Positions 51,819 through 62,442 of a stretch of DNA of 64,000 nucleotides are shown one piece after another (the first letter of the stretch is position 1; each line of letters opens with the position of its first letter). The position numbers and the translations under genes were made by a program. The notes beneath the pieces were generated by a model. It worked only from the letters and a program-made list of their open reading frames with translations, ran no database searches and was not told the DNA's origin. Source of the DNA: Thermodesulfobacteriota bacterium (GTDB lineage Bacteria; Desulfobacterota_D; UBA1144; Nemesobacterales; JAJCZQ01); NCBI GenBank assembly GCA_965215275.1, contig OZ244044.1:1728001-1792000 (forward strand), given 5' to 3'.

Positions 51819-53333
51819 ATGTCTGAAAAGAAAACTTTAACCACGGTTCATGGAAATCCAGTTGCAGATAATCAGAATTCGCTGACGGTCGGTCCCAGGG
51901 GTCCGCTGTTGATGCAGGATTACCAGCTGCTTGAAAAAATGGCGACCTTCAACCGGGAGAGAGTTCCTGAAAGGGTTGTTCATGCAAAGGGTTCAGGAGC
52001 GTTCGGGACCTTAACGATCACCCATGATATCACTCGGTACTCCAGGGCGAAGGTGTTTTCCGAAGTTGGCAAGAAAACGGACGCACTGCTCAGGTTTTCA
52101 ACCGTTGCGGGGGAGCGAGGTGCTGCCGACGCCGAAAGGGACGTAAGGGGATTTGCCGTTAAATTTTACACCGAAGAAGGTAATTGGGACATGGTGGGTA
52201 ATAATACACCGGTATTCTTTGTCCGGGACCCGTATAAGTTCGGGGATTTTATCCATACGCAAAAAAGAGACCCTAAAACGAACATGAGATCCCCCGTTGC
52301 AATGTGGGATTTCTGGTCGTTAAGTCCTGAAAGTCTGCATCAGGTAACGATCCTGTTCAGTGACAGGGGACTGCCCGTTGGCTACCGTCACGTTAACGGT
52401 TACGGAAGTCACACTTACAGCTTTATCAATGATAAAGATGAAAGGTTCTGGGTTAAGTTCCATTTTAAGACCATGCAGGGAATAGAGTTCTATACCAACA
52501 GAAAGGCAGAGCAGGTCGTTGCAAAGGACAGGGAGAGTTCGCAGAAAGACCTGTTCGAAGCGATTGAAAAAGGTGATTTTCCAAAGTGGAGGTTCTGCGT
52601 TCAGGTAATGCCGGAGGAAGAAGCAGGAAGCTATCATATAAATCCATTTGATCTGACCAAAGTGTGGCCTCATGGGGATTATCCCCTTACAGAGGTTGGA
52701 ATTCTTGAACTTAACCGTAATTCGGAAAACTATTTTGAGGATATAGAACAGGCTGCCTTTGAACCCTCGAACGTGGTACCGGGTATAAGCTGGTCGCCGG
52801 ACAAAATGCTTCAGGCAAGGATAATGTCTTATGCGGATGCTCATCGTTACAGAATAGGGGTTAATTATTCATCGCTTCCCGTTAATAAGCCGAAGTGTCC
52901 CTACAGCACCTATCACAGGGATGGTAATATGAGATCGGACGGGAACGGTGGAGCTTCGGTCAATTATGAACCTAACAGCTTTTTGGGACCCATTCAGGAC
53001 CCGAGTTACTCGGAACCTCCCTTGGAGACGGATGGACACGTTGGAAGATATGATCACAGAGAAGGTAATGATGATTATACACAGCCGGGCAACCTGTTCA
53101 GGCTGATGAACAAGGAAGAGCGGTCCAGGCTCGTTTCCAATCTTACCGAGGCAATGCAGGGTGTGCCTGAAAGGATCCAGGCCAGGCAGGTTACACATTT
53201 TTATAAAGCCGACCACAGTTATGGCGAAATGGTCGCAGAGGCATTAGACCTTGACATCAGCAAAGTTCACAGACTTGCGGAGATGTCGCTAAGCGACCTT
53301 ATTGTGGCGACCCGGGAAGGTGAATACAGATAG
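51819..53333 (+). CDS. katA: monofunctional heme catalase
   Basis: [43 protein letters not shown]. Confidence 0.96.
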   Translation: MSEKKTLTTVHGNPVADNQNSLTVGPRGPLLMQDYQLLEKMATFNRERVPERVVHAKGSGAFGTLTITHDITRYSRAKVFSEVGKKTDALLRFSTVAGERGAADAERDVRGFAVKFYTEEGNWDMVGNNTPVFFVRDPYKFGDFIHTQKRDPKTNMRSPVAMWDFWSLSPESLHQVTILFSDRGLPVGYRHVNGYGSHTYSFINDKDERFWVKFHFKTMQGIEFYTNRKAEQVVAKDRESSQKDLFEAIEKGDFPKWRFCVQVMPEEEAGSYHINPFDLTKVWPHGDYPLTEVGILELNRNSENYFEDIEQAAFEPSNVVPGISWSPDKMLQARIMSYADAHRYRIGVNYSSLPVNKPKCPYSTYHRDGNMRSDGNGGASVNYEPNSFLGPIQDPSYSEPPLETDGHVGRYDHREGNDDYTQPGNLFRLMNKEERSRLVSNLTEAMQGVPERIQARQVTHFYKADHSYGEMVAEALDLDISKVHRLAEMSLSDLIVATREGEYR

Positions 53334-53416
53334 GCCTTGTACGTTCCGACGTGCGGAAACCCTGTGTTTATCCGAAATTCACAGTTTACCTGTAGACCGC
53401 TGGCAGGGATCAGAAT

Positions 53417-54145
53417 ATGACGTCCAGTAGCGAAGATATAATTGATATTTCCGAGAAAGGCAGACTTAAGGACGGCACTGCAATTTCAAGTGACAAGAGG
53501 CTGTTCATGCAGTTTCTGGCATTTGAAGGCTGCAGTGGTTCACAGGATCTTATCTCAAGCCTGAAAAGCTTTGGTCTGCAGGGTGTGTTGTACTCGGATT
53601 TAAATGACCCGTACAGCGTTGGGCTTCTTGTCATGTCGGAAAGTCCGGACTATTTCGTGGAGGATCTGAGAGAATATCTGTTGAACTATGGTCCTTTTAA
53701 GGACCTCAGGATCAAACCGGAATACACGATGTTCGGAAGAACATATTCGTTCGGACATGAGAGCGACCTTGAAGAGGCCTTGATATCAGGTCCAAGGAAC
53801 AAGGTCCTCAACAGCGACCTTGTATGGGCAGTATGGTATCCGCTGAGAAGGTCAAAGGGTTTTGAAACCCTGTCAAAGGAAGATCAGCGGTCCATTCTTG
53901 GTGAGCATGGTAAGGTCGGTTTTAAGTTCGGAAAAGCCGGCTATGCAACGGATATCAGGCTTGCCTGCCACGGACTTGATAAAAAAGATAACGATTTTGT
54001 TATAGCCGTTCTGGGTAAAGAGCTTTATCCTATATCTGCAGTTGTACAGGCGATGAGAAAAACAAGGCAGACCTCAATGTATATCGAGAGTATGGGGCCA
54101 TTTTTTATCGGTAAGGCCTTGTGGAAGTCAGAACCTGGACCTTAA
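53417..54145 (+). CDS. chlorite dismutase / coproheme decarboxylase family protein
   Basis: WYPLRR, EHG, GLD..DNDFV, MR, GPFF.G. Confidence 0.8.
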   Translation: MTSSSEDIIDISEKGRLKDGTAISSDKRLFMQFLAFEGCSGSQDLISSLKSFGLQGVLYSDLNDPYSVGLLVMSESPDYFVEDLREYLLNYGPFKDLRIKPEYTMFGRTYSFGHESDLEEALISGPRNKVLNSDLVWAVWYPLRRSKGFETLSKEDQRSILGEHGKVGFKFGKAGYATDIRLACHGLDKKDNDFVIAVLGKELYPISAVVQAMRKTRQTSMYIESMGPFFIGKALWKSEPGP

Positions 54146-54197
54146 CAGGCAAATGAACTTTAAAGCATTTTGATAAGGGGGCATATATTACTCGTTC

Positions 54198-55595
54198 ATG
54201 AATGATGTTCTCAGCTTAATTAACACCTATCCATCTCCATATTCAGATCTGGCTGTAGTTTTTGTTCTGTTCGTCTTTTTTTATCTGGTTGCCTTTGCCA
54301 TTTCCAGATTTGCAGAAGCTGAAAAGACCGGACCGGAGATCGCTCCGACCCAGGACATGGACCTGAAAGAGGATGATACCGCGGAAACCTTGAAAAGTGA
54401 CCTGCAAGGCATGGAAGAACCACCGACCCTGGAAGAGGTCCCGGCAGCAGAAAAAACTCCTCCAGAGCAGGTGCAGCCGGTTCCCGATCTGCAGGTTTTC
54501 AGAGCTCCTCAGACACTGTCCGATCAGAGAGTTGAGGTGGATGAAGCGGACACTGCAACGGAGGACCGGTCGCAGTACACAGTTCGAACGTACAGGAAGC
54601 CGGCAGATGAAGCAGACGTTACAACAGAGGACCGGTCTGAGAAGCCTCAGGAAAAAAAGCTGCCTTCCCAGGGTGCTTTCTCGAAACTGGTGCAGGGTCT
54701 GTCCAGGACAAATACGGGATTTTTAAGTAAACTTGAAAATATACTATCAGGAAAAGAGGTCGCAGCGGACCTCTGGGACGAACTTGAAGAACTGCTTATA
54801 TTGTCTGACATCGGCATGACAACTACTATGAACCTCAGAGACAGGATCGAAGCCTCGGTCTCTAAAAGATCCCTGTCCGACCCAGGTGAAATAAGGTCTG
54901 CCTTACAGAATGAGATCCTGCATATATTACAGAACGCCGAGGGAACCGTCGAGGTCGATCATAAGCCAATGGTCATGATCGTGGTGGGTGTCAACGGAGT
55001 TGGTAAAACAACGACGATCGGTAAGCTGGCGGATAAATTCGTCAATAAGGGGTATAAGGTTATGGTTGCGGCGTGTGATACTTTCAGAGCAGCTGCCACG
55101 GAGCAACTGCAGATCTGGTCAACAAGAGTGGGCAGTGAACTGATCAAAGGGAGTTCAGGGGCCGATCCGTCAGCCGTTGCATTTGATGCCCTGAGTGCTT
55201 CCAGAGCCAGGGGGGTGGATATTTTAATAATAGACACGGCTGGAAGGCTTCATACCAAGACAAATCTGATGGATGAGTTAAAAAAGATAAAGCGTGTGGT
55301 CGGAAGGGAAATGCAGGGAGCACCTCATGAAGTACTCATGGTGCTTGATGCCACGACCGGCCAGAACGCCTTACAGCAGGCAAAGATGTTCAATGAAGCT
55401 GTCGGAGTTACAGGGGTAGCTCTTACAAAGCTCGATGGCACGGCCAAAGGCGGGGTTATAGTTGCCATTGCGGATGATCTGAAAATACCGGTTAAGTACA
55501 TAGGGATAGGGGAGAGCCTTGACGACCTCAGGGAGTTTAACGCAAAGGAATTTACAGAAGCACTGTTCTTCAGTAGTGATGAGACTATCCATTGA
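54198..55595 (+). CDS. ftsY: SRP receptor with N-terminal TM and acidic linker
   Basis: GVNGVGKTTT, DTFRAAA, DTAGR, TKLDGTAKGG. Confidence 0.95.
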   Translation: MNDVLSLINTYPSPYSDLAVVFVLFVFFYLVAFAISRFAEAEKTGPEIAPTQDMDLKEDDTAETLKSDLQGMEEPPTLEEVPAAEKTPPEQVQPVPDLQVFRAPQTLSDQRVEVDEADTATEDRSQYTVRTYRKPADEADVTTEDRSEKPQEKKLPSQGAFSKLVQGLSRTNTGFLSKLENILSGKEVAADLWDELEELLILSDIGMTTTMNLRDRIEASVSKRSLSDPGEIRSALQNEILHILQNAEGTVEVDHKPMVMIVVGVNGVGKTTTIGKLADKFVNKGYKVMVAACDTFRAAATEQLQIWSTRVGSELIKGSSGADPSAVAFDALSASRARGVDILIIDTAGRLHTKTNLMDELKKIKRVVGREMQGAPHEVLMVLDATTGQNALQQAKMFNEAVGVTGVALTKLDGTAKGGVIVAIADDLKIPVKYIGIGESLDDLREFNAKEFTEALFFSSDETIH

Positions 55596-55658
55596 AAGAA
55601 ATCTCAACCTGCCGCTTAAAATCGGCCTTTATTGTAAGTGCCGTGATTATGGAACTTT

Positions 55659-56771
55659 ATGAGAAAAATAAAGGATAAAAGTACCGAGTTTATGGAACTT
55701 GCCCTGAAGCTTGCAAAAAAAGCGGAAGGTATGACAAGTCCAAATCCGCTCGTGGGAGCTGTGCTCGTTAAAAAAGGTGAGATAATAGGGCAGGGCTATC
55801 ATAAAAGGTCAGGGTCCGCCCATGCTGAAATAGAAGCCATAGACCATGCAAAGAAGAAAGGGCGAGCGGTAAAAGGTGCCACTCTTTACGTGAACTTGGA
55901 ACCCTGCTGTCATGATAAAAAAAGAACGCCGCCGTGTACCGGTGCAATAATTAAAAGTGGTATATCCAGAGTGTTTGTTGCCACTTACGATCAGAACCCA
56001 AAAGTATCTGGAAATGGCGTTTCTGTCCTTCGTGAAGCAGGTATTGAAGTTGATGTTGGACTGCTTGAACAGAAAGCAAAAGAGATCAATAAGATGTTCT
56101 TTAAATATATAACAGAGAAAATGCCCTATGTAGTGTTAAAACTTGCAGCGACCTTTGATGGAAAGATAGCCACTAACAGTGGAGACTCAAAATGGATCGG
56201 CAGCAAAAGACAGAGGGAAATCGCACATCAGTTGAGAAATAAAATGGACTGTGTATTAGTGGGAATAAATACGGTAATAAAGGATAACCCAAGCCTGAAC
56301 GTGCGAATAAAGAAAAGGAACGTATCGCAACCTGTACCGGTCGTTCTTGATGGTCATCTTAGGATCTCACCAGATTCTAACTTACTGAAAGTCCATAAAA
56401 GATGTATAGTTGTTACTTCTCCGGGATCAAGTGAGAAAAGAAAAAGAGCACTTGAACGAGCCGGTGCAAAGATCTTATGTTCAGAGGTGGATGATTTCGG
56501 GAAGTTGAACCTCAAAAGCACGATGAAACAGTTAGCGGACATGGAGTTTACAAGCGTGCTTATAGAAGGAGGAAGTAAAGTTGCCTCTTCTGCAATACAT
56601 GAAGGCGTGGTGGATCAGGTCGTTTTGTTTTACTCACCGGTCCTTTTTGGAGGGGACGGGGTCAGTATGATATCGGACCTTGCAGTAAGGGACGTGAACA
56701 AAGCTTTCAGATTAAGGGACGTTAGAATAAAAAGGTATGGAGATGAACTAATGATCGAGGGGAGCTTATAA
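55659..56771 (+). CDS. ribD: riboflavin biosynthesis deaminase/reductase
   Basis: PNPLVG, HAE, LEPCCH..TPPC, IEGG. Confidence 0.95.
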   Translation: MRKIKDKSTEFMELALKLAKKAEGMTSPNPLVGAVLVKKGEIIGQGYHKRSGSAHAEIEAIDHAKKKGRAVKGATLYVNLEPCCHDKKRTPPCTGAIIKSGISRVFVATYDQNPKVSGNGVSVLREAGIEVDVGLLEQKAKEINKMFFKYITEKMPYVVLKLAATFDGKIATNSGDSKWIGSKRQREIAHQLRNKMDCVLVGINTVIKDNPSLNVRIKKRNVSQPVPVVLDGHLRISPDSNLLKVHKRCIVVTSPGSSEKRKRALERAGAKILCSEVDDFGKLNLKSTMKQLADMEFTSVLIEGGSKVASSAIHEGVVDQVVLFYSPVLFGGDGVSMISDLAVRDVNKAFRLRDVRIKRYGDELMIEGSL

Positions 56772-56777
56772 TCTGTT

Positions 56778-57437
56778 ATGAAGAGGGTCGGTTTGTTTGG
56801 TGGCAGTTTTAATCCGGTTCATACAGGGCATTTGAGAGCTGCGGAAGAGATCAAGGAGAGGCTTTTGCTTGATAAGGTCGTCTTTATTCCTGCTTCTGTT
56901 CATCCGTTCAAAAAAAAAGGTGATATTACAGATAAGAAAAAGCGTTGTCAGATGCTCAGACTTGCCACAAGGAGTAATCCGGATTTTGAGATTTCTGAGA
57001 TCGAACTGCAGAGAGAAGGGGTTTCATACACAATAGATACCCTTAAACACTTTGCAGACAGCGACCCAGGTGCTCAGTTTTATTTTATTGTAGGAAATGA
57101 AAATTTAGCTCAGATCGAGAAATGGAATCAGTATCAGGATCTTTTCTTTTACGCGAACTTTGCCGTTATAGAAAGACCAGGCAGCGATACTGTAGAAGAA
57201 TATCAGCTTATTCCATCGGGGTTAAGACAGGCGTTTAAACTGAAGCGGACTGCAGAGGGTACAACTGTATATGAGCATAAAAGCTTGAAGGAACTGGTCT
57301 TTTTAAAGATCTCAGGCATAAATATATCCTCATCCGAGATCAGAAGATTGATAATGGAGAAAAGGTCCGCCAGATACTTTGTGCCGGACGAGGTTAATTC
57401 CTATATACTGAAAAACAACTTATACATCGGAGAATGA
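56778..57437 (+). CDS. nadD: nicotinate-nucleotide adenylyltransferase
   Basis: GGSFNPVHTGH, SYTIDT, ISSSEIR. Confidence 0.95.
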   Translation: MKRVGLFGGSFNPVHTGHLRAAEEIKERLLLDKVVFIPASVHPFKKKGDITDKKKRCQMLRLATRSNPDFEISEIELQREGVSYTIDTLKHFADSDPGAQFYFIVGNENLAQIEKWNQYQDLFFYANFAVIERPGSDTVEEYQLIPSGLRQAFKLKRTAEGTTVYEHKSLKELVFLKISGINISSSEIRRLIMEKRSARYFVPDEVNSYILKNNLYIGE

Positions 57438-57438
57438 A

Positions 57439-57801
57439 ATAGAAGCATTAGATAAGGCCATTCTTATAGCAAAGTCAGCTTTGGATAAAAAGGCGGAAGA
57501 TCCTGTGATCCTTCAGGTGATCGGGCAGAACGATTTTGCAGACTACTTTGTAATCTGCAGTGCCAGTTCGAAAAGAGGTGTGGAGGCTATTGCTGATAAT
57601 GTTGAAAGGACGCTCAAGAAGAACAACATAAAAATTATCGGTATGGAAGGCAGGATCAAAAAGAGTTGGGTATTGATAGATGCTTCAGATGTAATAGTTC
57701 ATATTTTTTATCTTCCTCTGAGAGAGTTTTATGATATAGAAGGACTTTATGTTAACTCTCCTAAAATAAGTATAGATTTATCAAAAGCCAATCAGAAGTG
57801 A
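57439..57801 (+). CDS. rsfS: ribosome silencing factor
   Basis: DKKAED, DYFVICS, WVLID..DVIVHIF, REFYD.E; after nadD; start uncertain (ATA 57439 or TTG 57481). Confidence 0.88.
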   Translation: MEALDKAILIAKSALDKKAEDPVILQVIGQNDFADYFVICSASSKRGVEAIADNVERTLKKNNIKIIGMEGRIKKSWVLIDASDVIVHIFYLPLREFYDIEGLYVNSPKISIDLSKANQK

Positions 57802-58369
57802 ATGCCAATACCTGTGAGTTTCAGAAATTTATATATAAACGGGTCTTTACTGTGTTATATAAATCCTGACTATAAAAGAGGTCAGTAAAATAAGGAAGAT
57901 AATCCACGAGGTTAAATATGTTTACTGTTATATACCCAATGATGTTATAAATGAACAAAATACCAGATAGAGATGTATAGCGAGTAACGGAGTAGAGACT
58001 TTCAATTTAATGTTTTATGAAGATGGAACAGGCAGATTTACTTATGTACAAGAAGGTTGCAGTTATAAGTTGGTAACTGATTCTAATTTAAAAGAAGTGT
58101 TTATATATGACATAGAACTGTTTTATAACGATCAAATATCTGTTTTGACTTTCGGAGAATAATCTGATGAATCTCCTGTTTTTGAAGGTGATAAGGTTTG
58201 TCAGTTATTAGAAGTTGATAGTAATGAAGTAACGACTACTTGCGAAAGAGAAAGTTTATAAAAATTTAAGGAATTATATACTTACATTACCTGACAATTT
58301 AGACTAATTATCTGTACTGACTTTAAAGTTTAGAACAGGTCTTGTCAGTATGAGATATAATTTATCCAC

Positions 58370-58399
58370 TTGACATCCGTTCATAATACTTGGTAAAAT
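58370..58399 (+). promoter_or_regulatory. sigma70-type promoter of copy 3
   Basis: TTGACA-18-TAAAAT with TG extension. Confidence 0.7.
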
Positions 58400-58408
58400 A
58401 TCAATGTT

Positions 58409-58495
58409 ATGAAAAATCCAAACATAAAAACACGTAGTTCCATTACCCCCCCCCGTGTATACCTGACCTTTCAGTCTGGTATAAGTATTTTTTAA
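58409..58495 (+). CDS. leader uORF (28 aa) with C9 tract (58446-58454), copy 3
   Basis: MKNPNIKTRSSITPPRVYLTFQSGISIF*. Confidence 0.55.
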   Translation: MKNPNIKTRSSITPPRVYLTFQSGISIF

Positions 58496-58500
58496 GAACA

Positions 58501-61500
58501 ATGTTTAAGATAATCCCCCCCCCCATCTAAGTCATTACTTACGTTAGTTTTATTTATTCTGTTTATAATGGTAATAGCTGCAAAAGGGCAGAGCAGCCTG
58601 GAAGAAAAATTATCTGAATGCAGAGTTAACAGTTCAGACACGGAAGATCCGTTATACGGATGTCAGTGGCATCTGAAGAACACGGGGCAGTTAAGTTATT
58701 CCGGAAAAGCAGTAACAGCAGGAGAAGATATAAACATAGAGGAGGTGTGGAACGAAGACGTATACGGTTCTGGAATTAATGTAGCAATAGTAAGTGACGG
58801 TATCGACCTTTCACATGAGGACCTTTCTGCAAACGTCCGTTCCGGACTGAACTATGATCTGTCTGACAGTTCATCCTTTACCGGAACACGAGCGGCAGGA
58901 GTAACAGCAGCGGCTGGATATAACGGACTGGGAGTAAGAGGAACTGCACCTGGTGCGAGTATATACAGTTACAGGTTATCCGGTGATCTCAGTGAAGCGG
59001 ACGCGGTGGTCCGTAATAAGGAAATAACCGCTGTATCGGTTAACGGCCGGGGATCTGAGGACGGAGCTTTTTTTCAGGAGGCTTCAACTTCCTGGGAAGA
59101 AGGAGTGGAACTTGGTATAAGTAAAGGGTTTTATGGTAAAGGAGTGTTTTACGTCCGGGGAGCAGGGGACGGGCATGAGAATAACGATCAGGCTAATTTT
59201 TCTGAATATTCTAATTACTACGGCGTAACTGCCGTGTGTTCAACAGACGGTTATGGAAAAAAGAGTATTTTTTCAGAAGAGGGAGTAAATCTATGGGTAT
59301 GTGCACCTGGTTCTGATATTGTAACCACAGATAACAACGACGATTACGTTGTAACTTCCGGAACATTTCTATCAGCTTCACAGGTTGGAGGAGTGGCAGC
59401 ACTGCTGAGAGAGATAAACGGGAATCTGAGCTGGAGGGATATAAAGCTTATACTTGCGGGTTCAGCACGTCAGAACGATTTTTTTGATATTAGCTGGGAG
59501 ACTGGAGCTGTTAAATACGGCTCTGACACGGAAAGATATAAATATAATCCTAAGTATGGTTTTGGCGTGGTAGACGCAGAAGCAGCTGCAGAGCTTGCAA
59601 AAAGCTGGAAAGGAGTTGGTGAAATGAGGACCGTTACAGCTTCTTCAGATAATGAGATAACAATTCCTGATGGAGAAGGAGAAGCAGACGGGGTCCTTGT
59701 TTCCAGACTTATGATCCCGGACCTGGAGGAAATATTTACGGAATTCGTTGAGGTAGAACTTGTTTTCTCTCATGACCGCTTACAGGACCTTAATATAAAT
59801 ATAACCTCTCCTTCCGGGACAGTTTCGGAACTTGTGCGGGAGGTTGCCGGGGAGTCTGTAAGGGGATTTTCGGATGAAGAAAAAAACTGCGTCAGTTACC
59901 TGAGAAGAACACATCGTTTCGGGTCGGCTAAGCACCTCGGGGAAGACCCTTCCGGAGAATGGGTCCTTAAGATATCCGATACTGCTTCCGGAGATGAAGA
60001 AAATGAAAAAAACACTGTTACCTTACACTCCTGGAGCATTAAGGTATACGGGCATGTTTCTTTTCAGGATTTTGGCAAGGGAATAACTACTAAAGCAATA
60101 CAATTTATTGATAGTCAGATTCCTGATGATCAGGTGTATAAACAAGGGGTTCAGATAACAACATTAAGGCTGCCTAGGCCAATTGGGTCCACTGGAACAG
60201 TAAATTACACCTTAACTCCTGCTTTACCTGCTGGATTGAGTTTTAGAACTGATGGTCATCGAGAGATACGCGGGACACCCACTACTGAAATGAGTAAGAC
60301 TGCTTACACTTTTTCGGCAACAGACTCAAGTGGAACTGCTTCGGTTACTTTCCATATTACTGTAAGAGATAAAGATGACGTACCAAGCTTCGGCAGTGAG
60401 ACGGTAGAAGATCAGAGTTATGTTAATGGTTCAGCAGTAACGTTAACTCTGCCTGCTGCAACAGGAAAGGATACTCCATTAACTTACAGTTTAGTTAATT
60501 CAGGTTCATCTCAGCTTAGTTTATTTCGTGGATTGGAATTTAACGCAAACACCAGAAAGATAACAGGGACACTTGACGAAGATTTAGCTGGATTTTTATT
60601 CAGGAGGCATACTTACACATATACAGTAACGGACAGTGAAGGAGATACTGATACACTTGAGTTCAGAATAACTGTAACAAGGAAATCCCCGCTTAGCTTT
60701 GGAGGTCAGACAATACCAGATCATACGTATGTAAGACTTCAGACAATAAGAAATCCGTTAACTTTTCCTGAAGCAACGGGAGGTGCTGCTCCCTTGACTT
60801 ACAGTATAAATCCTATGGTACAGACTGGACTTGCTTTCAGCAGTTCCACTCGGAGGATAACCGGGTCACCTGGGACTGTAAGGAGCAGAACTGAGCATAC
60901 GTATACGGTAACGGACAATCAGGGAGATACAGCTGAGATAACGTTCGGTATAACCGTAGAAGGAAATGACAGGAGGACGCGTTTCAGAGCAGGTGAGAAT
61001 ATCTCTGATAAGTTTTATTTTACAGGTGTTCCGATAACGCCGGTAACGCTGCCCAGGGCAACTAACGGGAACAGTCCGATAAGATACAGTTTAAATCCTT
61101 CTTTACCAACTGGATTGAGCTTTAACGCAAATACCCGGGAGATAAGCGGGACACCGACTGCTGCAAGCAGTAACACAGAGTATACATACAGAGCATCAGA
61201 CCTTGATGGAGACAGTCGTGATCTGAAGTTCAGTATAACGGTAACGAATGAAGCAGACACTGACCCAAGCTTCGGGAGTGAGACCATAGATAACAAGGTG
61301 TATATAAACGGAGAAGCAGTAAATGAAACACTGCCTGAAGCAACGTCAGGGAATGCTCCATTAACTTACAGTTTAAGTGCTGGTTTACCTAGTGGAGTGA
61401 TCTTTACCGCAAACACCAGAGAGTTAAGTGGAACAATTAAAATGTCTCATACATCCTTACTTCCTCTACTTTTCCTTTTACATATAAAGTAACAGACAAT

Positions 61501-62307
61501 GATGGAGATACAGCAGAGATAACGTTCAGTATCACTGTAAGACCAGCAGAACCTGACACAATGCCGACCTTCGGGAGTGAGACCATAGATAACAAGGTGT
61601 ATATAAACGGAGAAGCAGTAAATGAAACACTGCCTGAAGCAACGTCAGGGAATGCTCCATTAACTTACAGTTTAAGTGCTGGTTTACCTAGTGGAGTGAT
61701 CTTTACCGCAAACACCAGAGAGTTAAGTGGAACAATTAAAATGTCTCATACATCCTTACTTCCTCTAACTTTTCCTTTTACATATAAAGTAACAGACAAT
61801 GATGGAGATACAGCAGAGATAACGTTCAGTATAACAGTAGAAGAAGACAGCGAACCGGACTTCAGCGGTGTGAGAATACCAGATCGTGTGTACACGGGGA
61901 GAACAATAGAGCTGCCAGAGGCAGCGGGAGGGAATTTACCGGTTACATACAGTATAACACCTGATCTGCCAGCTGGATTGAGATTTAACGAAGTTACCAG
62001 AGTAATAAGTGGGACACCCAGGAGTGCATCATCTGCTGCTTCTTACACGTATACGGCAACGGACAGGAATGGAAATACGGATACATTGGATTTCATGTTA
62101 AGTGTAGAGGTTCCTTCTACTCCAGGACCAACACCACCACGAGGACCAAGAACGTCAGGTAGTGATTCAGGCGGAGGTGGAGGAGGATGTGCTGTTTCAG
62201 ATCAGAGCAGCGTTGATGAAGATATTCTCGGAGTAATGACATGTCTGATACTTATACCTGTGTCAGTAGTTATCAGAAGGAAGAGAAGATATCAGATAAA
62301 GACGTAG
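58501..62307 (+). CDS. surface protein copy 3: inactive S8 + P-domain + 7 Ig-like repeats + anchor (frameshifts at C10 58515-58524 and at ~61468)
   Basis: ORFs 58568..61492 and 61561..62307 join if one A is restored at 61468. Confidence 0.8.
61270..61832 (+). repeat. recent ~300-bp tandem duplication of one Ig module
   Basis: 61270-61532 matches 61569-61832 except CTACT vs CTAACT. Confidence 0.92.
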
Positions 62308-62312
62308 TAATA

Positions 62313-62435
62313 AAAGAGGTCTATTCTCTTTGTCGGGTGGGAATAAGGACGAGAGTCTCCCGATACAAGTTGGGAACATTTTATCAAAATAGAACGGAGT
62401 TGGAGGGACTCTGCTTGCAGAACAGTATAAATTAG
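62313..62435 (+). ncRNA. orphan homologue of the putative TnpB omega-RNA
   Basis: 62333-62429 aligns ungapped to 15061-15157 (68/97 by hand) with the stems retained. Confidence 0.5.
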
Positions 62436-62442
62436 TATTTTT

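Noticed and set aside
54540..54637. Internal repeat DEAD..TEDRS in FtsY
   Set aside because: Ordinary duplication in a variable acidic linker
57900..58260. Gene in AT-rich spacer before adhesin 3
   Set aside because: Multiple stops and no recognisable motif; probably a decayed ORF
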